DNA of 64,000 nucleotides from Octopus vulgaris (GCA_951406725.2 OX597822.1:5518001-5582000), one strand, 5' to 3'; shown: positions 1-12,838, numbered from the stretch's first letter. Notes: generated from the letters alone by a model not told the origin. Made by a program: numbers and translations.

Positions 1-226
1 AAGCACACAATATGTGTAGAAAGAATTTTTTTTTTTTTCAAAGTATAAGTTCACAGTCACTTAGAAATTCCATCAGACTGTGAATTCTACAGTTGGAGGT
101 GCCTAAAGTTAGTGCTTTGAGAATATATATTGATTACTGTGTAGATGGGGATTTATATATAAAGCTAGAGATAGTAAGTGGCAACTATTGTTAAATTTTA
201 AATGATAAAGTTAAGAAACATATACC

Positions 227-630
227 GGCGCAGGAGTGGCTGTGTGGTAAGTAGCTTGTCTACCAACCACATGGTTTCGGGTTCAGTCCCACTGCGTGGC
301 ACCTTGGGCAAGTGTCTTCTACTATAGCCTCGGGCCGACCAAAGCCTTGTGAGTGGATTTGGTAGACAGAAACTGAAAGAAGCCCGTCGTATATATGTAT
401 ATATATATGCATGTGTGTGTTTGTGTGTGTGTGTTTGTCCCCTAGCATTGCTTGACAACCGATGCTGGTGTGTTTATGTCCCCGTTACTTAGCGGTTCGG
501 CAAAAGAGGCCGATAGAATAAGTACTGGGCTTACAAAGAATAAGTCCCGGGATCGATTTGCTCGACTAAAGGCGGTGCTCCAGCAAGGCCGCAGTCAAAT
601 GACTGAAACAAGTAAAAGAGTAAAAAGAGT
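227..630 (+). mobile_element. Octopus tRNA-derived SINE, family A (~400 bp, internal TA/TG microsatellite), full-length copy
   Basis: Head GGCGCAGGAGTGGCTGTGTGGTAAG (A-box-like), GGTTCAGTCCC (B-box-like), core ACCTTGGGCAAGTGTCTT, tail (GTAAAAGA)n; near-identical copies at 8616, 9515, 33565. Confidence 0.9.
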
Positions 631-699
631 AATATCATTTGGGAAATTGGAATAGGTTTGTGAGTAAAGCACAGAGCTAGTAATATTGAGAAAAGGATA

Positions 700-918
700 A
701 AGCAGAAAGCTGACAGTATCATTAGCACACTGGGTAAGATGCTTAGCAGAACTTGGTCCATCTTTATATTTTGAGTTCAAATTCCACCAAGGTTGACTTT
801 GCCTTTCATCCTTTCTGGATCCATGAAATAAGTACCAATTGAGCACTAGGGTCAATTTAATTGACTTAACTCCTCCCCCAAAACTGCTGACCTTGTGCCA
901 AAATTTGAAACCAATATT
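700..918 (+). mobile_element. Octopus SINE family B (OR-like, contains GACTTTGCCTTTCATCC core), degenerate
   Basis: GAGTTCAAATTCC B-box, core GACTTTGCCTTTCATCCTTT, AAGTACCA...GGTCAAT, tail CCTTGTGCCAAAATTTGAAACC; many copies in window. Confidence 0.8.
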
Positions 919-1789
919 TAGAAAAGGATGTTAGTCAATACCATTATTTGACTGGTATGTTATTTTATTGACACTGAAAGGATGAAAAGGAAAGAAAATG
1001 TGTATGTAAGAAGAAAAGAAAAAATGTGTCTGCCAAGGAGAAGAGATGAAAAGTTTTATCAATGATCAAAATGGCATAACTATGCTTAATAATGCTTAGA
1101 TATTTAGATTTCGTAGATACTAAATGTCCAACAGAAAGCATACACAGGCTGCTTTCACCAACTCCATAAAAAGACTAATTTTCAAATTTCCCAAACCGAT
1201 TTCCTTTCCCACTACTAAGATTAAAGCTCCTAATTTGGTTGTAATATATTTGTAAGTAACCCTAGTTTAGTGATACCATGGCTCTCCAGTCTACAGTAAA
1301 CATATAGTTCAATTCCTACAAGCAACGTTTTCAATTTGGTTTCTGTTTGGGGTGGGTGGGTTTTCATCAGCGCAAGATCATAAGACCATGGGTTCAAATT
1401 CCTGGACCAAGTGGTGTGTTGTGTCTCTGAACAAGACACTTTATTATTCTGTTTTGAAAAATTTGGAATATCTGACTAAATAACTAACCTTAGTGCCATA
1501 CTATTTTATGCTTAATCTTTAATGCAGACATTCCATTTCTTTCAAAAAACTGTATTTTTGTGATGTTATTGATACTTTTAATAACTGCATTAAGCTAATT
1601 TTATAATTTCATGTTTAAACTTAAATCATTTGAAAGAATAAAGGATTCTCATTTTAGTCAAAAATAGTTTCAATCATATGTGATTAAATATATGAAAATA
1701 ATTCACATCTAATCATCACTATACACTTGTTTTCAAGCTAATGATATCACTAAGTGTATGCTTATATGGGTACACACACACACACACAC

Positions 1790-1875
1790 ACAGATATATA
1801 TATATATGTATGTATATATATATATATATATGTATGTATATATATATATATAATATAATATAATATAATATAGTA
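1790..1875. repeat. (TA)n/(TATAA)n microsatellite
   Basis: Directly visible simple repeat. Confidence 0.9.
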
Positions 1876-2019
1876 TAATATAGTAACAGCTTTTGTAATA
1901 TTTCTGTTGCTTTGAAATAAAGCATATTACTCTACCTCTGGTTTTGAGTACTCTTTTTTCCACTTTGTTTCACATTTATGTGCTTACTCAGGTATAGACA
2001 TATATATACATATATATAT

Positions 2020-2176
2020 AGGAGTGGCTGTGTGGTAAGTATCTTGCTTACTAACCACATGATTCCGGGTTCAGGCCCACTGCGTGGCATCTTGGGCAAG
2101 TGTCTTCTGCTATAGCCCTGGGCCGACCAATGCCTTGTGAGTGGATTTGGTAGATGGAAACTGAAAGAAGCCTGTC

Positions 2177-2210
<34 letters not shown>

Positions 2211-2395
2211 GTGTGTGTATATGTTTGTGTGTCTGTGTTTGTCTAGCATTGCTTGACAACCGATGCTGGTGTGTTTGCGTCCCCGTCACTTGGCAGTTCG
2301 GCAGAGGAGACCGATAGAATAAGTACTGGGCTTACAAAGAATAGGTCCCGGGGTCGATTTGCACGACTAAAGGCGGTGCTCCAGCATGGCCACAA
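2020..2395 (+). mobile_element. SINE family A, 3'-truncated
   Basis: Collinear with 227-630. Confidence 0.88.
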
Positions 2396-2399
2396 TCAA

Positions 2400-2400
2400 T

Positions 2401-2456
<56 letters not shown>

Positions 2457-2885
2457 CTTGGGTCCAACCCGTGCTAGCGCGGAAAACGGACGTTAAACGA
2501 TGATGATGATGATGATATCTATACATATATATATATATACATATATATATATCTATACATATATATATACATATATATATACATATATATATACATATAT
2601 ATATACATATATATATACATATATATATATCTATACATATATATATACATATCTATATATACATATATATACATATATATATATACATATATATATCTAT
2701 ATACATTTATATATATCTATATATATATACATATATATATCTATATACATTTATATATATATACATATATATATATATATACTTATATATATATATCTAT
2801 ATATATATCTATACATATGTATATATATATATATATACATATATATTTATATACATACATATAAATATACTTACACACATACATG
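2400..2885. repeat. Long compound (TA)n/(TATACA)n microsatellite with a short RTE-type SINE tail at ~2460-2515
   Basis: Simple repeat; embedded GTCCAACCCGTGCTAGC...GGACGTTAAACGATGATGAT tail matches 62755-62807. Confidence 0.85.
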
Positions 2886-4814
2886 CACAAACATGCCAAG
2901 TGGGAAGGTGGGTGTATATAATGTTGATAACACACGGATGGTAAAAAGAAACTGAATTTAAGTGAAACAGTTTTAAAATAGTTTATTTGTTCACATATAT
3001 TGCTATGATATCTATTAGCTGAACAGAACCTTTGCTTTGTGTTATCTATCATCATTGTATTTAAAAGTATTAGTGATGATAAAGTTTTGAAAACAGAACC
3101 AGATTTACCATTTTTTCCCTCTATAAACTATATTCTCACAGCACTGAGTTTACACTATGTTTATTCAATATTATCAGATTCGTTTTATGTCTTGCATTGT
3201 CATTAGATCCATTTATTAAAAGCTAACAATGCTTTTACATCGAGCATGAGTTTTACATTTATATTACATGGCACATCAGTGCAAATACTTCTGTAGCACA
3301 CAAGATAATATCTTTAATGCACTGCTTTTTCTTTCAATGCAAGTTGATATTTCTCAACCAAATTTATATATACCAAGTTCATTTATTTTCGCTTGTTACT
3401 AGACTTACATACTCATGCCTCACTATAATATAGCACCATAATTCTTACATGTTTCATAATCTGTCTTCTACTCAGAGTAAGTGTTTGTTGCCAACAGTGG
3501 AAACTTAAACATCATCTGCCTTTTCTAACTAATATACTTCCAGAACAACCACGGCAGCTATTGTATTGTATTTGAGATACCATGGCTGCGTCAGCCCAGA
3601 CAGTTTCCATTTCAGACAATTTTATAGTTATTGAATTATTGCTTCTGGACAAAGTAAATAACTCAGCTTGGCTCAGTTTAGAGTCTATAGATTCTAATTC
3701 ACCAAACTGAAATGTTTACTGCTTTAAATGCAGCTTCTCTAACAAAGGACCTTCAACACATGCTAACATAGGAAAGTCATATAAAACATTCAAAACAGCT
3801 CAGATGGCAAACAGAACAGTGAGAGGTAGCTGTAAATAAAACAAGATTATTTTAATGCAGAATTATTATTTAGATTTTATTTAATCAAAATGCCAGAACT
3901 AAAGTCAATAACACTTTTAAATTGTTTTCTGAGAGAAAGAAGTTTACAGATGTAAAAAAGAATTTTAAAAATACTTTTTATTTTATATTTTTTTTTTTTT
4001 TCAAATGTCTCCACTTTGTCAAACTGATTAAAACTCATAGGATAAAGTGTTTTGTTACTATTCACTGTTGTAATTTAGCATCAAGTAGCATTCAAGTCTA
4101 AAGACATTGAAAGTACTTCAAATTTATGCTGGTTACACACACACACCTACTTGCACATACACACAAAAAAAAACCTTCAAGTACATCTTTTTGTTTAGAA
4201 AAAAAAAATGGAATTCAAATTGGAAATTAATTTGTGACAACAAAACAAAAGAACAGTAGCAGAGAGAAGCAATGGTCAAATGGTTAGATTGGTTTCAACT
4301 AGTGTTTCAAACAATCCAAAATATTTAAATATTTTCAAGGAAACCTGTTCACGGCTGCCAATACTACCAGCAATATGACTAAAGCTATCACACACTCTAC
4401 ATATACTGGCCTCTCTTGTTTCAGATAACAATTTGTGGTGGTTACACATCTCCATACACCAAGTATGCATCAGAAATATCAGATTTCCTTCTCAAGGTCA
4501 GAAACTACTGATCTCTGATATTTGCACAAGGCTAAAAATTTGGCAGCAAGAGGGAGAGAGAGTTGATTACAAAAGATGACAAACCAAATCGACTTTGGTG
4601 GGATTTGATCTCAGAACATGAAGGATTGTAAGCAATTTATCTGATATCCTTTAGCGTTTATCTATTACTTGTTTCTGTCACTGGACTGTAGACCTTGAAG
4701 GGTTTAATTGACCACATCAATTTCAGTATTTATTGTTCTTTATAGTATGGTACTTATTCTATCGGTCTCTAATTGAACCGCGATATTAAGGTAACTAGCA
4801 TCCTTTTCTAAATA

Positions 4815-5025
4815 CTGGTTTTAAATTTTAGCACAAGGCCAGCAGTTTTGGGAGAGGAGCCAAGTCAATTAATTGACCCCATTGCTCAACTGATACTTAT
4901 ATTATGGACCCTGAAAGGATGAAAGGCAAAGTCAACCTTGGTGGAGTTTGAACTCAGAATGTAGAGATGGACCAAATTCCAAGAAGAATCTTGCCTGACG
5001 TGCTAATGATTCTGCCAACATGCTG
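4815..5025 (-). mobile_element. SINE family B, degenerate
   Basis: Reverse complement of family B core (GGATGAAAGGCAAAGTCAAC...TTTGAACTCAGAA). Confidence 0.8.
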
Positions 5026-5084
5026 CTTTATACTTTTCTCAGAATTACTGGCTGTGTTCCTTACTCAGAAACCAATTTCAACAC

Positions 5085-5278
5085 CAGATGTTGGTGGGAA
5101 ACAAGCACATAAACACATCAGGTTTCTTTCAGTTTTTGTCTACTAAATCTGCTCACAAGGTATTGGTCAGCCTTGCCCATAGTAGAAGACACTCACCCAT
5201 GGTGCTCCTCAGTGGGACTGAACCCAGTACCATATAGCTGGGAAGCAAGATCCTTGTCACAAAGTCATGACTGCACCT
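5085..5278 (-). mobile_element. SINE family A, degenerate 5' part
   Basis: TTCTTTCAGTTT...CTCACAAGG...AGTAGAAGACAC...GTGGGACTGAACCC. Confidence 0.75.
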
Positions 5279-5539
5279 ATATTTGAACAATATTGCCAAT
5301 ACCCCACTTGTGGATGCTAAGAAATATACATATGCTGACTTAATGTAAGTTACAAATTCGCCTAACACTGCTATTGACAAAAATGTGAAAAAAGCTACGT
5401 AATGCACCATAATAAACCTAAAAGATACACTTTTACTCATCATCAACACACATCAGCAATGTGCCCTCAACTACACAGTCTCCTCTCCAACTATAAACAT
5501 CTCTGCTGCCCTAAAATTAAATACTGTAATATAGTAGTT

Positions 5540-5885
5540 TCAAGGCCAGCAATTTATTTCAGAGGAGAGAATGAGTTGACTACAACAACCCCAGTGTTCA
5601 ACTGATATTCACTTAATTGACCCAGAATTGATGAAAGGCAATGTTGACCTCAGCGGAATAATAATAATAATAATCGTTTCATATTTTGCCACAAAGGCAG
5701 CAATTTGGGGGGAGAGTAGATGTCAATGACATTGATCACAGTGCTCAACTGGTACTTATTTTATTGATCCTGAAAGTATGAAGAGCAAAAATTGATCTTG
5801 ACAGAATTTGAACTCAGAACATAAAGGCAGACAAAATGCCACTAAGCATTTTGCCCGGCAAAGTAACGATTCTGCCAGCTCGCCA
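5540..5885 (-). mobile_element. Two adjacent SINE family B copies
   Basis: Two family B cores separated by (AAT)n. Confidence 0.75.
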
Positions 5886-6275
5886 CATTAAGTACTGTGA
5901 TATATTGCTAGTAAAAACCATTTATCTCACCTGCTGCCTTTTCCATAACAAACAAGGAAAGACAGAAACAAATGTGTGAAGTTAATACAGTTAATGTTCA
6001 AATAGAAGAAGAATAGCAACTTGCTCCTCAGATAGACTGCAATAATTCCTTCAAGGTAATTACCACATTGCTGTCTAAATATCAACACTTTCTGATTGGA
6101 CTGCAGCTACACCAAGAAATTGTCCTCAAATATTTGATTTGATTATATGAGCTCTAGTAGTTAGGTACAAATATTTTATCAATGCTACAAACAATGAATA
6201 GTTAAATCTCCTTGGCATAAAAAAACATAACTGACTATATACCAAATCTTGATTTTGTTTACCACACTAATTTAT

Positions 6276-6323
<48 letters not shown>

Positions 6324-6419
6324 GGAGAAATTGTACAAAATGTATAACTAGATGATGAGTAAAGTACTGGCACAGTCTATTACACATTCCATCTCCTATT
6401 TTATTAATACTATATATAT

Positions 6420-6585
6420 AGCAGATGGTGTTAGAAAGTGCATCCAGCTGTAAAAAAACCATGCCAAAATTGATTTGCACAGTCTTCTGCCTAGCCAACT
6501 CCTGTCAAGCCATCCAAACCATATCAGCATGGAGAACAGATGTTTGACGATGATGATGAAGAAGATTCTGATGATGATGATGATA
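6420..6585 (+). mobile_element. RTE-related non-autonomous element (family C), degenerate
   Basis: GCATCCAGCTGTAAAA motif and CATCCAAACCATATCAGCATGG...(GAT)n tail. Confidence 0.7.
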
Positions 6586-6949
6586 CAAACACACACAATG
6601 GGCTTTAGTATAGTTTCCAGTCTACCAAATGTCACTAATAAAATTTTGATTGAGCTGAGCATAGGGTTAGAAGGCACTTTACCAAAGTGAGATATGTACT
6701 GGGATCAATTAGAAACATGTGGTTACTTAATTACATTGCTATATCATTTTTATATCTGTTTACCATGGTTGCATATGTTGGACAAGTTTTTTCACTACAT
6801 TGTCTTACCACTTACCACAGTCCCTTGTCATCCCTTTTTTGCAACATTCAGTTTTCCGAGGATCAGTCTTCACCATTTCTTCTCATGTCTACAAATATTC
6901 AAAATTTGTAGAACTGTTGAACCCAAAGTAGGATGGATGTTACAATCTT

Positions 6950-7215
6950 ATCTTTTATCTTTTACTTGTTTCAGCCATTAGACTGTGACCATGCTGGGGC
7001 ACCAGCTACAAGGGTTTTAATTGAACAAATCAACCCAAAACTCATTTTTTTTTAAGCCTAGTACTTATACTATCGGTCTCTTTTGCTGAACTGATAACTT
7101 GCAGGGGACGTAAACACACCAACATTGATTTTCAAGCAGTAACTGGGAGTGGGGGAGAATAACACAGACACATGCACACATGATGGGTTTCTTTCAGTTT
7201 TTGTCTTCCAAATCC
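6950..7215 (-). mobile_element. SINE family A, 3' part, degenerate
   Basis: TCTTTTACTTGTTTCAG...CCATGCTGGGGCACC...AGTACTTAT...CTATCGGTCTCTTTTG. Confidence 0.8.
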
Positions 7216-7259
7216 ATTATATGAAATGAATTGCTCTAACCAATCAATTTAAACTTTTG

Positions 7260-8278
7260 AGGCAATGAATTGTCGAGCTGTGAGGCACACATCAGTATAT
7301 TTGATGTAAGACCATCCTCTATAACTTCTTATAGTTTGCATGTTTCCAGAAATGATAAATGGCTTTTGATTTTAGCATGAAAATGATTAAACTTTTTAAT
7401 TGATAAAAATGTCAATTTCTCATTTTCTGATTTGTACAAAATCCATTGACCTAGGATTGGACTCAACCCTGGGGTCTAACGAAACTAATTTTTGAGGATA
7501 AAATGGATTTGTACTGACACAGGGGATTACTGGAAACATGCAAATGCTTTTGTACACCGTTATGTCAAACGCGGTTACAGTGAATCATGATTAAAAGAAA
7601 TACCTAATAATATAGCTCTGATTAGCAAAGAAAGCCAAACCTTCACGCATGATTTTGGCAAACACAGTACAATATGTGACAGAATTCCTTTAATGATTAA
7701 CTGGCACCGAAATTTCACTGGCGTTTCAAAAGTGTTGCATGAAAGTTACCAGCATGTTGCAAAAAAGAAACAAATCCTTGTTTCAAACAAATATTTCCTC
7801 AGTCACCTATTGTAGCCTTTAAATAGAATAAAAATATAAGAGAACTATTAATTTCTAATTCTGGCTTCAAGAAAACTAACATTGGAGTATCTGCACAATG
7901 TACCTCAAAAACAGTTGCAAAATAGGTAAGCACCATTCATTGTGCAAAAGCATGAGTCAAGTGAATTCTATCAGGAATCATAACAGAAATGTTATGATTT
8001 ATACAGAAGGTGGGACATGGTGTACACGGCAGAATGCTCAAAGGACAACTTGATCTATGTTGGTTGTACAGTAGAACAATTAAAAGATTCACTGGGCACA
8101 GATATGACGTCAAGTACAAAAACAGTAGTTCGACAGAACTTGCCAAACATTTTGCATCAAACGGGTGCAATTTTGAAAAAGATTTGAAAGAGTCTGCTAC
8201 ACTTTCAATACTCAAAACGCATGAGGAGAAATATGTTTGTGGGTTATTAACATCATGCCCTGGAGGAATGAATAAAAA

Positions 8279-8285
<7 letters not shown>
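7260..8285 (+). mobile_element. Penelope-like element (Neptune-type) fragment: RT thumb, Cys-rich linker, GIY-YIG endonuclease; frameshifted
   Basis: Hand translation across frames: KHANAFVHRYVKRGYS, DRIPLMINWHRNF, IFPQSPIVAFK*NKNIRELLIS, IYVGCT, RFTGHRYD..STELAKHF..HEEKYVCGLLTSCPGGMN; these match PLE ORF motifs. Confidence 0.85.
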
Positions 8286-8310
<25 letters not shown>

Positions 8311-8339
8311 ATCATCATCATCATATGGGGTGGGGTAAT

Positions 8340-8487
8340 GGGCTTATTTCAGTTTCCACCAACCAAATCCACTTACAAGGATTTGGTCACCCTGAGACAC
8401 TTGCCCAAGGTGCCATGCAGCGGGGCTGAACCTGGAACCATATGGTTGGGAAGCAAGCTTCTTACCACACAGCCACTCCTGCACCTA
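8340..8487 (-). mobile_element. SINE family A, 5' part
   Basis: Reverse complement of family A head (CTTACCACACAGCCACTCCTGCACC). Confidence 0.82.
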
Positions 8488-8615
8488 TGAAGAATTTATT
8501 GAAATATATCTGTCACTAATAAGCTGATGTTTGGAATATAAATTAACAGGGAAACGTCAAGACAAAAGAAACATACAAAAGCATCCACACTCACCCTGAC
8601 ATATACATTACACAG

Positions 8616-9013
8616 GCTGTGTGGTAAGTAGCTTGCCTACCAATGACATGGTTCTGGGTTCAGTCCCACTGCGTGGCATCTTGGGCAAGTGTCTTCTGCT
8701 ATAGCCTCGGGCAAACCAATGCCTTGTGAGTGGATTTGGTAGACGGAAACTGAAAGAAGCCTGTCGTATATATGTATATATATGTATGTATGTGTATGTA
8801 TATGTTTGTGTGTCTGTGTTTGTCCCCCTAGCATTGTTTGACAACCGATGCTGGAATGTTTACGTCCCCGTTACTTAGCGGTTCGGCAAAAGAGACCGAT
8901 AGAATAAGTACTGGGCTTACAAAGAATAAGTCCCGGGGTCGATTTGCTCGACTAAAGGCGGTGCTCCAGCATGGCCGCAGTCAAATGACTGAAACAAGGA
9001 AAAGAGTAAAAGA
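8616..9013 (+). mobile_element. SINE family A, near full-length
   Basis: Collinear with 227-630. Confidence 0.9.
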
Positions 9014-9514
9014 GAAAAAAATGCATGCGTGCGCGTACATGTACAAACATACACAGTGGACTTCTTTCATTTTCTATCTACCAAATCCACTCAGATGTGT
9101 TTGCTCAGCTTAGGGTTATAGTAGAAAACACTTGCCCAAGGAGCCACACAGTGGGACTATACATGCAGTTATGCCTGCACACCACAGATAAATGTTTTAG
9201 TAGATGATTGAAATACTAATCTCTGCAAATTCAATGAGAGGCAAGATGAAGTAAAGAAACAGTATTTTACAATTTTATAAAAGTACAACAATGTTAAGCA
9301 ATTTTAGTGAAAGTCTGCTGTAGATAACAATTATCAGAAATAATATGCCCTGTTTTTATCACAGTGCCTGACAGCAGACATCGGAGCTTGGCTTTCTCAG
9401 GAAATCATATAGAAGAAAATAGAAAAAGAAATGAAAACTAGAAATCCTCCAATATTATTATTATATTAATACTATACACTCTTTGTATTTCAGAAATTAT
9501 CAAATTATCAAATA

Positions 9515-9679
9515 GGCGCAGGAGTGGCTGTGTGGTAAGTAGCTTGCTAACCAACCTCATGGTTCCGGGTTCAGTCCCACTGTGTGGCATCCTGGGCAAG
9601 TGTCTTCTACTATAGCCTCGGGCCAACCAAAGCCTTGTGAGTGGATTTGGTAGACGGAAACTGAAAGAAGCCCGTCGTA

Positions 9680-9734
<55 letters not shown>

Positions 9735-9930
9735 ATGTTTGTGTGTCTGTGTTTGTCCCCCTAGCATTGCTTGACAACCGATGCTGGTGTGTTTACGTCC
9801 CCGTCACTTAGCGGTTCGGCAAAAGAGACAGATAGAATAAGTACTAGGCTTACAAAGAATAAGTCCCGGGGTCGATTTGCTCGACTAAAGGTGGTGCTCC
9901 AGCATGGCCGCAGTCAAATGACTAAAACAA
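9515..9930 (+). mobile_element. SINE family A, near full-length
   Basis: Collinear with 227-630. Confidence 0.9.
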
Positions 9931-10681
9931 CCATTTGATTGATGAATACTTTCATGGTATTATCATTTCCACTCAGCTTCTACCTGTAACACCACCACCA
10001 CTACTATTATGACAACCTATAAAACTGAAATTGTCCGACAGCTGTTATTTACGTTAATTGACCTAATGAGAGGTTATGATTTGCCATTTGAAAAGCAGGA
10101 CGCTGGCTGACCTAGATAAGAAAACATTTACAATTTCATGACAAGATATTTCATAATCTCACTAAATCTGCTGTTTGTGTTAAACGTTGAATAAATCTAC
10201 AATTAGCCTAAAAGCTAACATCTAAGTCTATTTCTTCTTCTGCTGCCTCTACCCACAACCTGCTGAGCAACCACCTCACACCTCTGCCGTTCCTAATCTC
10301 TCCAATCCTTCTCTCCATTGCACATGTTCAAAAATGTTATGAGGTTTTAGCCACTGTCCTAGAACTTCTGACATGATGCAGTACATGACCAGGCATATCC
10401 ACCAAAAACCAATTTAAAAGGAATGGTGATTATGATGAGGATGGAGGGGTGGCAGGGGTGACTGAGGTGGCAATAAAGACAGTGATCTTGATGGTTAGAA
10501 ATGTAATACAATATTGTTAGAATTGTGTGTTTTTTTTTTTCCTCTTTTAATATTAAATAAATGAGATGTTAACTTTCATGATAGTAGAGGAAAAGAGATA
10601 CAGCAAATGCTCAATTAAGAGTTGAAAATCCCAGCCTCACTTTACGGTGGGATTATTTTGGTGAGCTAACTTCTCTCTCTT

Positions 10682-10725
<44 letters not shown>

Positions 10726-11134
10726 ACACACACACACAGAGTTTTAAAGCAACAAGAATTTTAATGAGTGGAGAAGAAAAAGAATGGCAGGAGATCATAA
10801 TCTGGTTGATAGGATTAAACTATATGGAAAGGGTATAGTGAAATTTGTGATTACAGGCAAGTGAGAGGACAGTTTATAATTAAAGAAGGGTTCTAACTGC
10901 AAAGAAATCTTTGCAATTAGAACTTTCCTTTAATTATAAAAAGTTAAGAAATTTTGTTTGCTAATTAGTTTTGTTAAAAAACACATGGACAGACATTTTA
11001 TACATCTACAACTGGGTACACACCCACATACAAGCCCATCGGGCAAAGACATGCATACATCTATAAGTGTGTACCAGGCTACAATGTATGATACCTGGAC
11101 AAAGAACTTTCCGTGTTAGAGATGTTTAAATTAA

Positions 11135-11355
11135 CCTTTTAGCATTTAAGCTGGCCATATCCAGTCCCAAATATTCTACATGTTTTATATTCAAACCAAC
11201 CAGATCTGGACTCTCACACCTGCTCTACAATGTTATTCTAAAAATAAACAATCACATCATCGAAATCTTCATACTACAAGGTAATGCATAATTAACTAAA
11301 AACAATGTGAATAAACCAGTATTACATTTAACTGAGTAACCTGATTGTTAAAGGG
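11135..11355. mobile_element. piggyBac-like MITE (TTAA target), family M1
   Basis: TTAA|CCTTTTAGCA...TGTTAAAGGG|CTAA termini; second partial copy at 24603-24771. Confidence 0.7.
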
Positions 11356-11509
11356 CTAAGACTAGAACTGTTCCCACAGTTTTCTCACGAGGCAGAGTGA
11401 ATGGATCGTGCCCCCTTCACAGCACAATCCTAAACTGCATCTCATTTAAGCTAATTGTCTTCTTAATCAGTTGTGCTGATACTTGAATAAACTTGATCCA
11501 TGTACAAAG

Positions 11510-11690
11510 CACCTATGCCAGTGCCATATAAAAAGCACCCTGTACACTCTGTAAGGTGGTTGGCATTAGGAAGGGCATCCAGCTGTAGAAACCATGACAT
11601 TCGGACAACTGGAGCCTGGCCAGCTCCTGTCAAACTATCCAAACCATGCCAGCATGAAAACAGATGTTGAATGATGATGATGATGATGAA
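11510..11690 (+). mobile_element. RTE-related non-autonomous element (family C)
   Basis: AAAAAGCACCC..ACACTC..GGTTGGCATTAGGAAGGGCATCCAGCTGTAGAAAC...(GAT)n tail. Confidence 0.8.
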
Positions 11691-12509
11691 TTTTAATCTT
11701 CTGAAGTTGCTTCTTTCTAAAGCATCTCCTTGTCCTTGAAGCAGATGATCAAACTAATGCTAAGCCAACCACTGGGCAACACACCTCCCAATACAACCCA
11801 ACCTCATTGACAAAGCTACTTTGCAACCTTTTCAGGATTCACCAATCATTTAATTGATGAATACTTCAATAAATTTTATCCTTTCCACTCAGCAACTACC
11901 TGTACTACTGCTGCCACCACAACTAGTGTGTTCCACTACAGTGAGGTAGGACATAATAGCACATATTCTACTGCACCAGATACATCCACCATTTCCGTGT
12001 TCAGATAACTGCATATGGTGATTCTTTCTAGAGCATTCCATATGCCCTTGTTACAGTTGATAGTACCATTGCTATACCAGTCATTAGGTATGACATCTCT
12101 CTATAGCCTGATAGACAAAGCTAATGGCAAGCTTGAGCATTCAGTAGCCAGATATATTCAGCATTTGAGAGATTTACTCCTTTGGTGTAGCTGCTTTCCC
12201 TGATTTCATATCAATAATTCTGCTTTCTGCCATATAGCGGTTAACTTCAGTAGCTGATCTCACAGTTGGATCTATTTGGAGTATCCTCTCTCTCTCTCAT
12301 GAAATCTTAGTTTCATAACTTCACATTCTAACATTTCTTTCATCTTGGCATCAAAGACAGTTCTGGATATTAATTCACAATGACATCCCTTTTTAATCTG
12401 AACCACTTTTGGGAATGATAATATGAATACAATTCTATATTTAAGAGTTTGAGGAATTATGTACATTATTTACATTTGATGGATATTTGTCCTCATCTTA
12501 TTTGTTGTT

Positions 12510-12555
12510 AACACAATGTTTCGGCTGATATACCTTCCAGCATTCGTCAGGTGTC
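12510..12555 (-). ncRNA. Minimal type-I hammerhead ribozyme motif (PLE pLTR)
   Basis: Minus strand: GACAC-CTGACGA-A-TGCTG-GAAGGTATAT-CAGCC-GAAA-CATT-GTGTT (stem I GACAC/GTGTT, stem II, minimal stem III). Confidence 0.75.
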
Positions 12556-12767
12556 TTGGGGAAATTTCCTAAGGTATTTTTTTATGCTATTATCATTATT
12601 ATTATTATTATTATTATTATGTAACGATTAAATTAAGTATCAGTCAAGTACTGGGGTCGATGTGGTCGACCAAATTTCAGGCCTTGTGCCTATAGTAGAA
12701 AGGATAATTATCATTATTATTATCATTATTATTATTATTATTATTATCATTATTATTATTATTATTC

Positions 12768-12838
12768 AGGTCACTGCCTGGAATCGAACTCGGAATCTTG
12801 GGGTTAGTAGCCTGCGCTCTTAACTACTACGCCATATG
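12768..12838 (-). other. tRNA-derived head (Pol III A/B boxes) of the hammerhead-bearing repeat
   Basis: Minus strand: TGGCGTAGTAGTTAAGAGCGCAGGCTACTAACCCCAAGATTCCGAGTTCGATTCCAGG; A box, anticodon-like loop CTACTAA, B box GAGTTCGATTCC. Confidence 0.75.

Noticed and set aside
452-655. Recurrent [24 protein letters not shown] in several places
   Set aside because: Recurs only because it lies within SINE family A; frames and ends differ between copies
1960-1998. Hammerhead-like CTGAGTA..GAAAC on the minus strand
   Set aside because: Core deviates from CUGANGA and no stem I or valid cleavage triplet is evident
2500-2955. 151-aa and similar YI/CV/LS-rich ORFs (also 22139, 36479, 38282, 55584)
   Set aside because: Translations of stop-free microsatellites, not genes
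3510-3829. Minus-strand acceptor TTTTATTTACAG followed by possible terminal exon
   Set aside because: All frames stop within 17 codons and no product is recognisable; cannot be supported without transcript data
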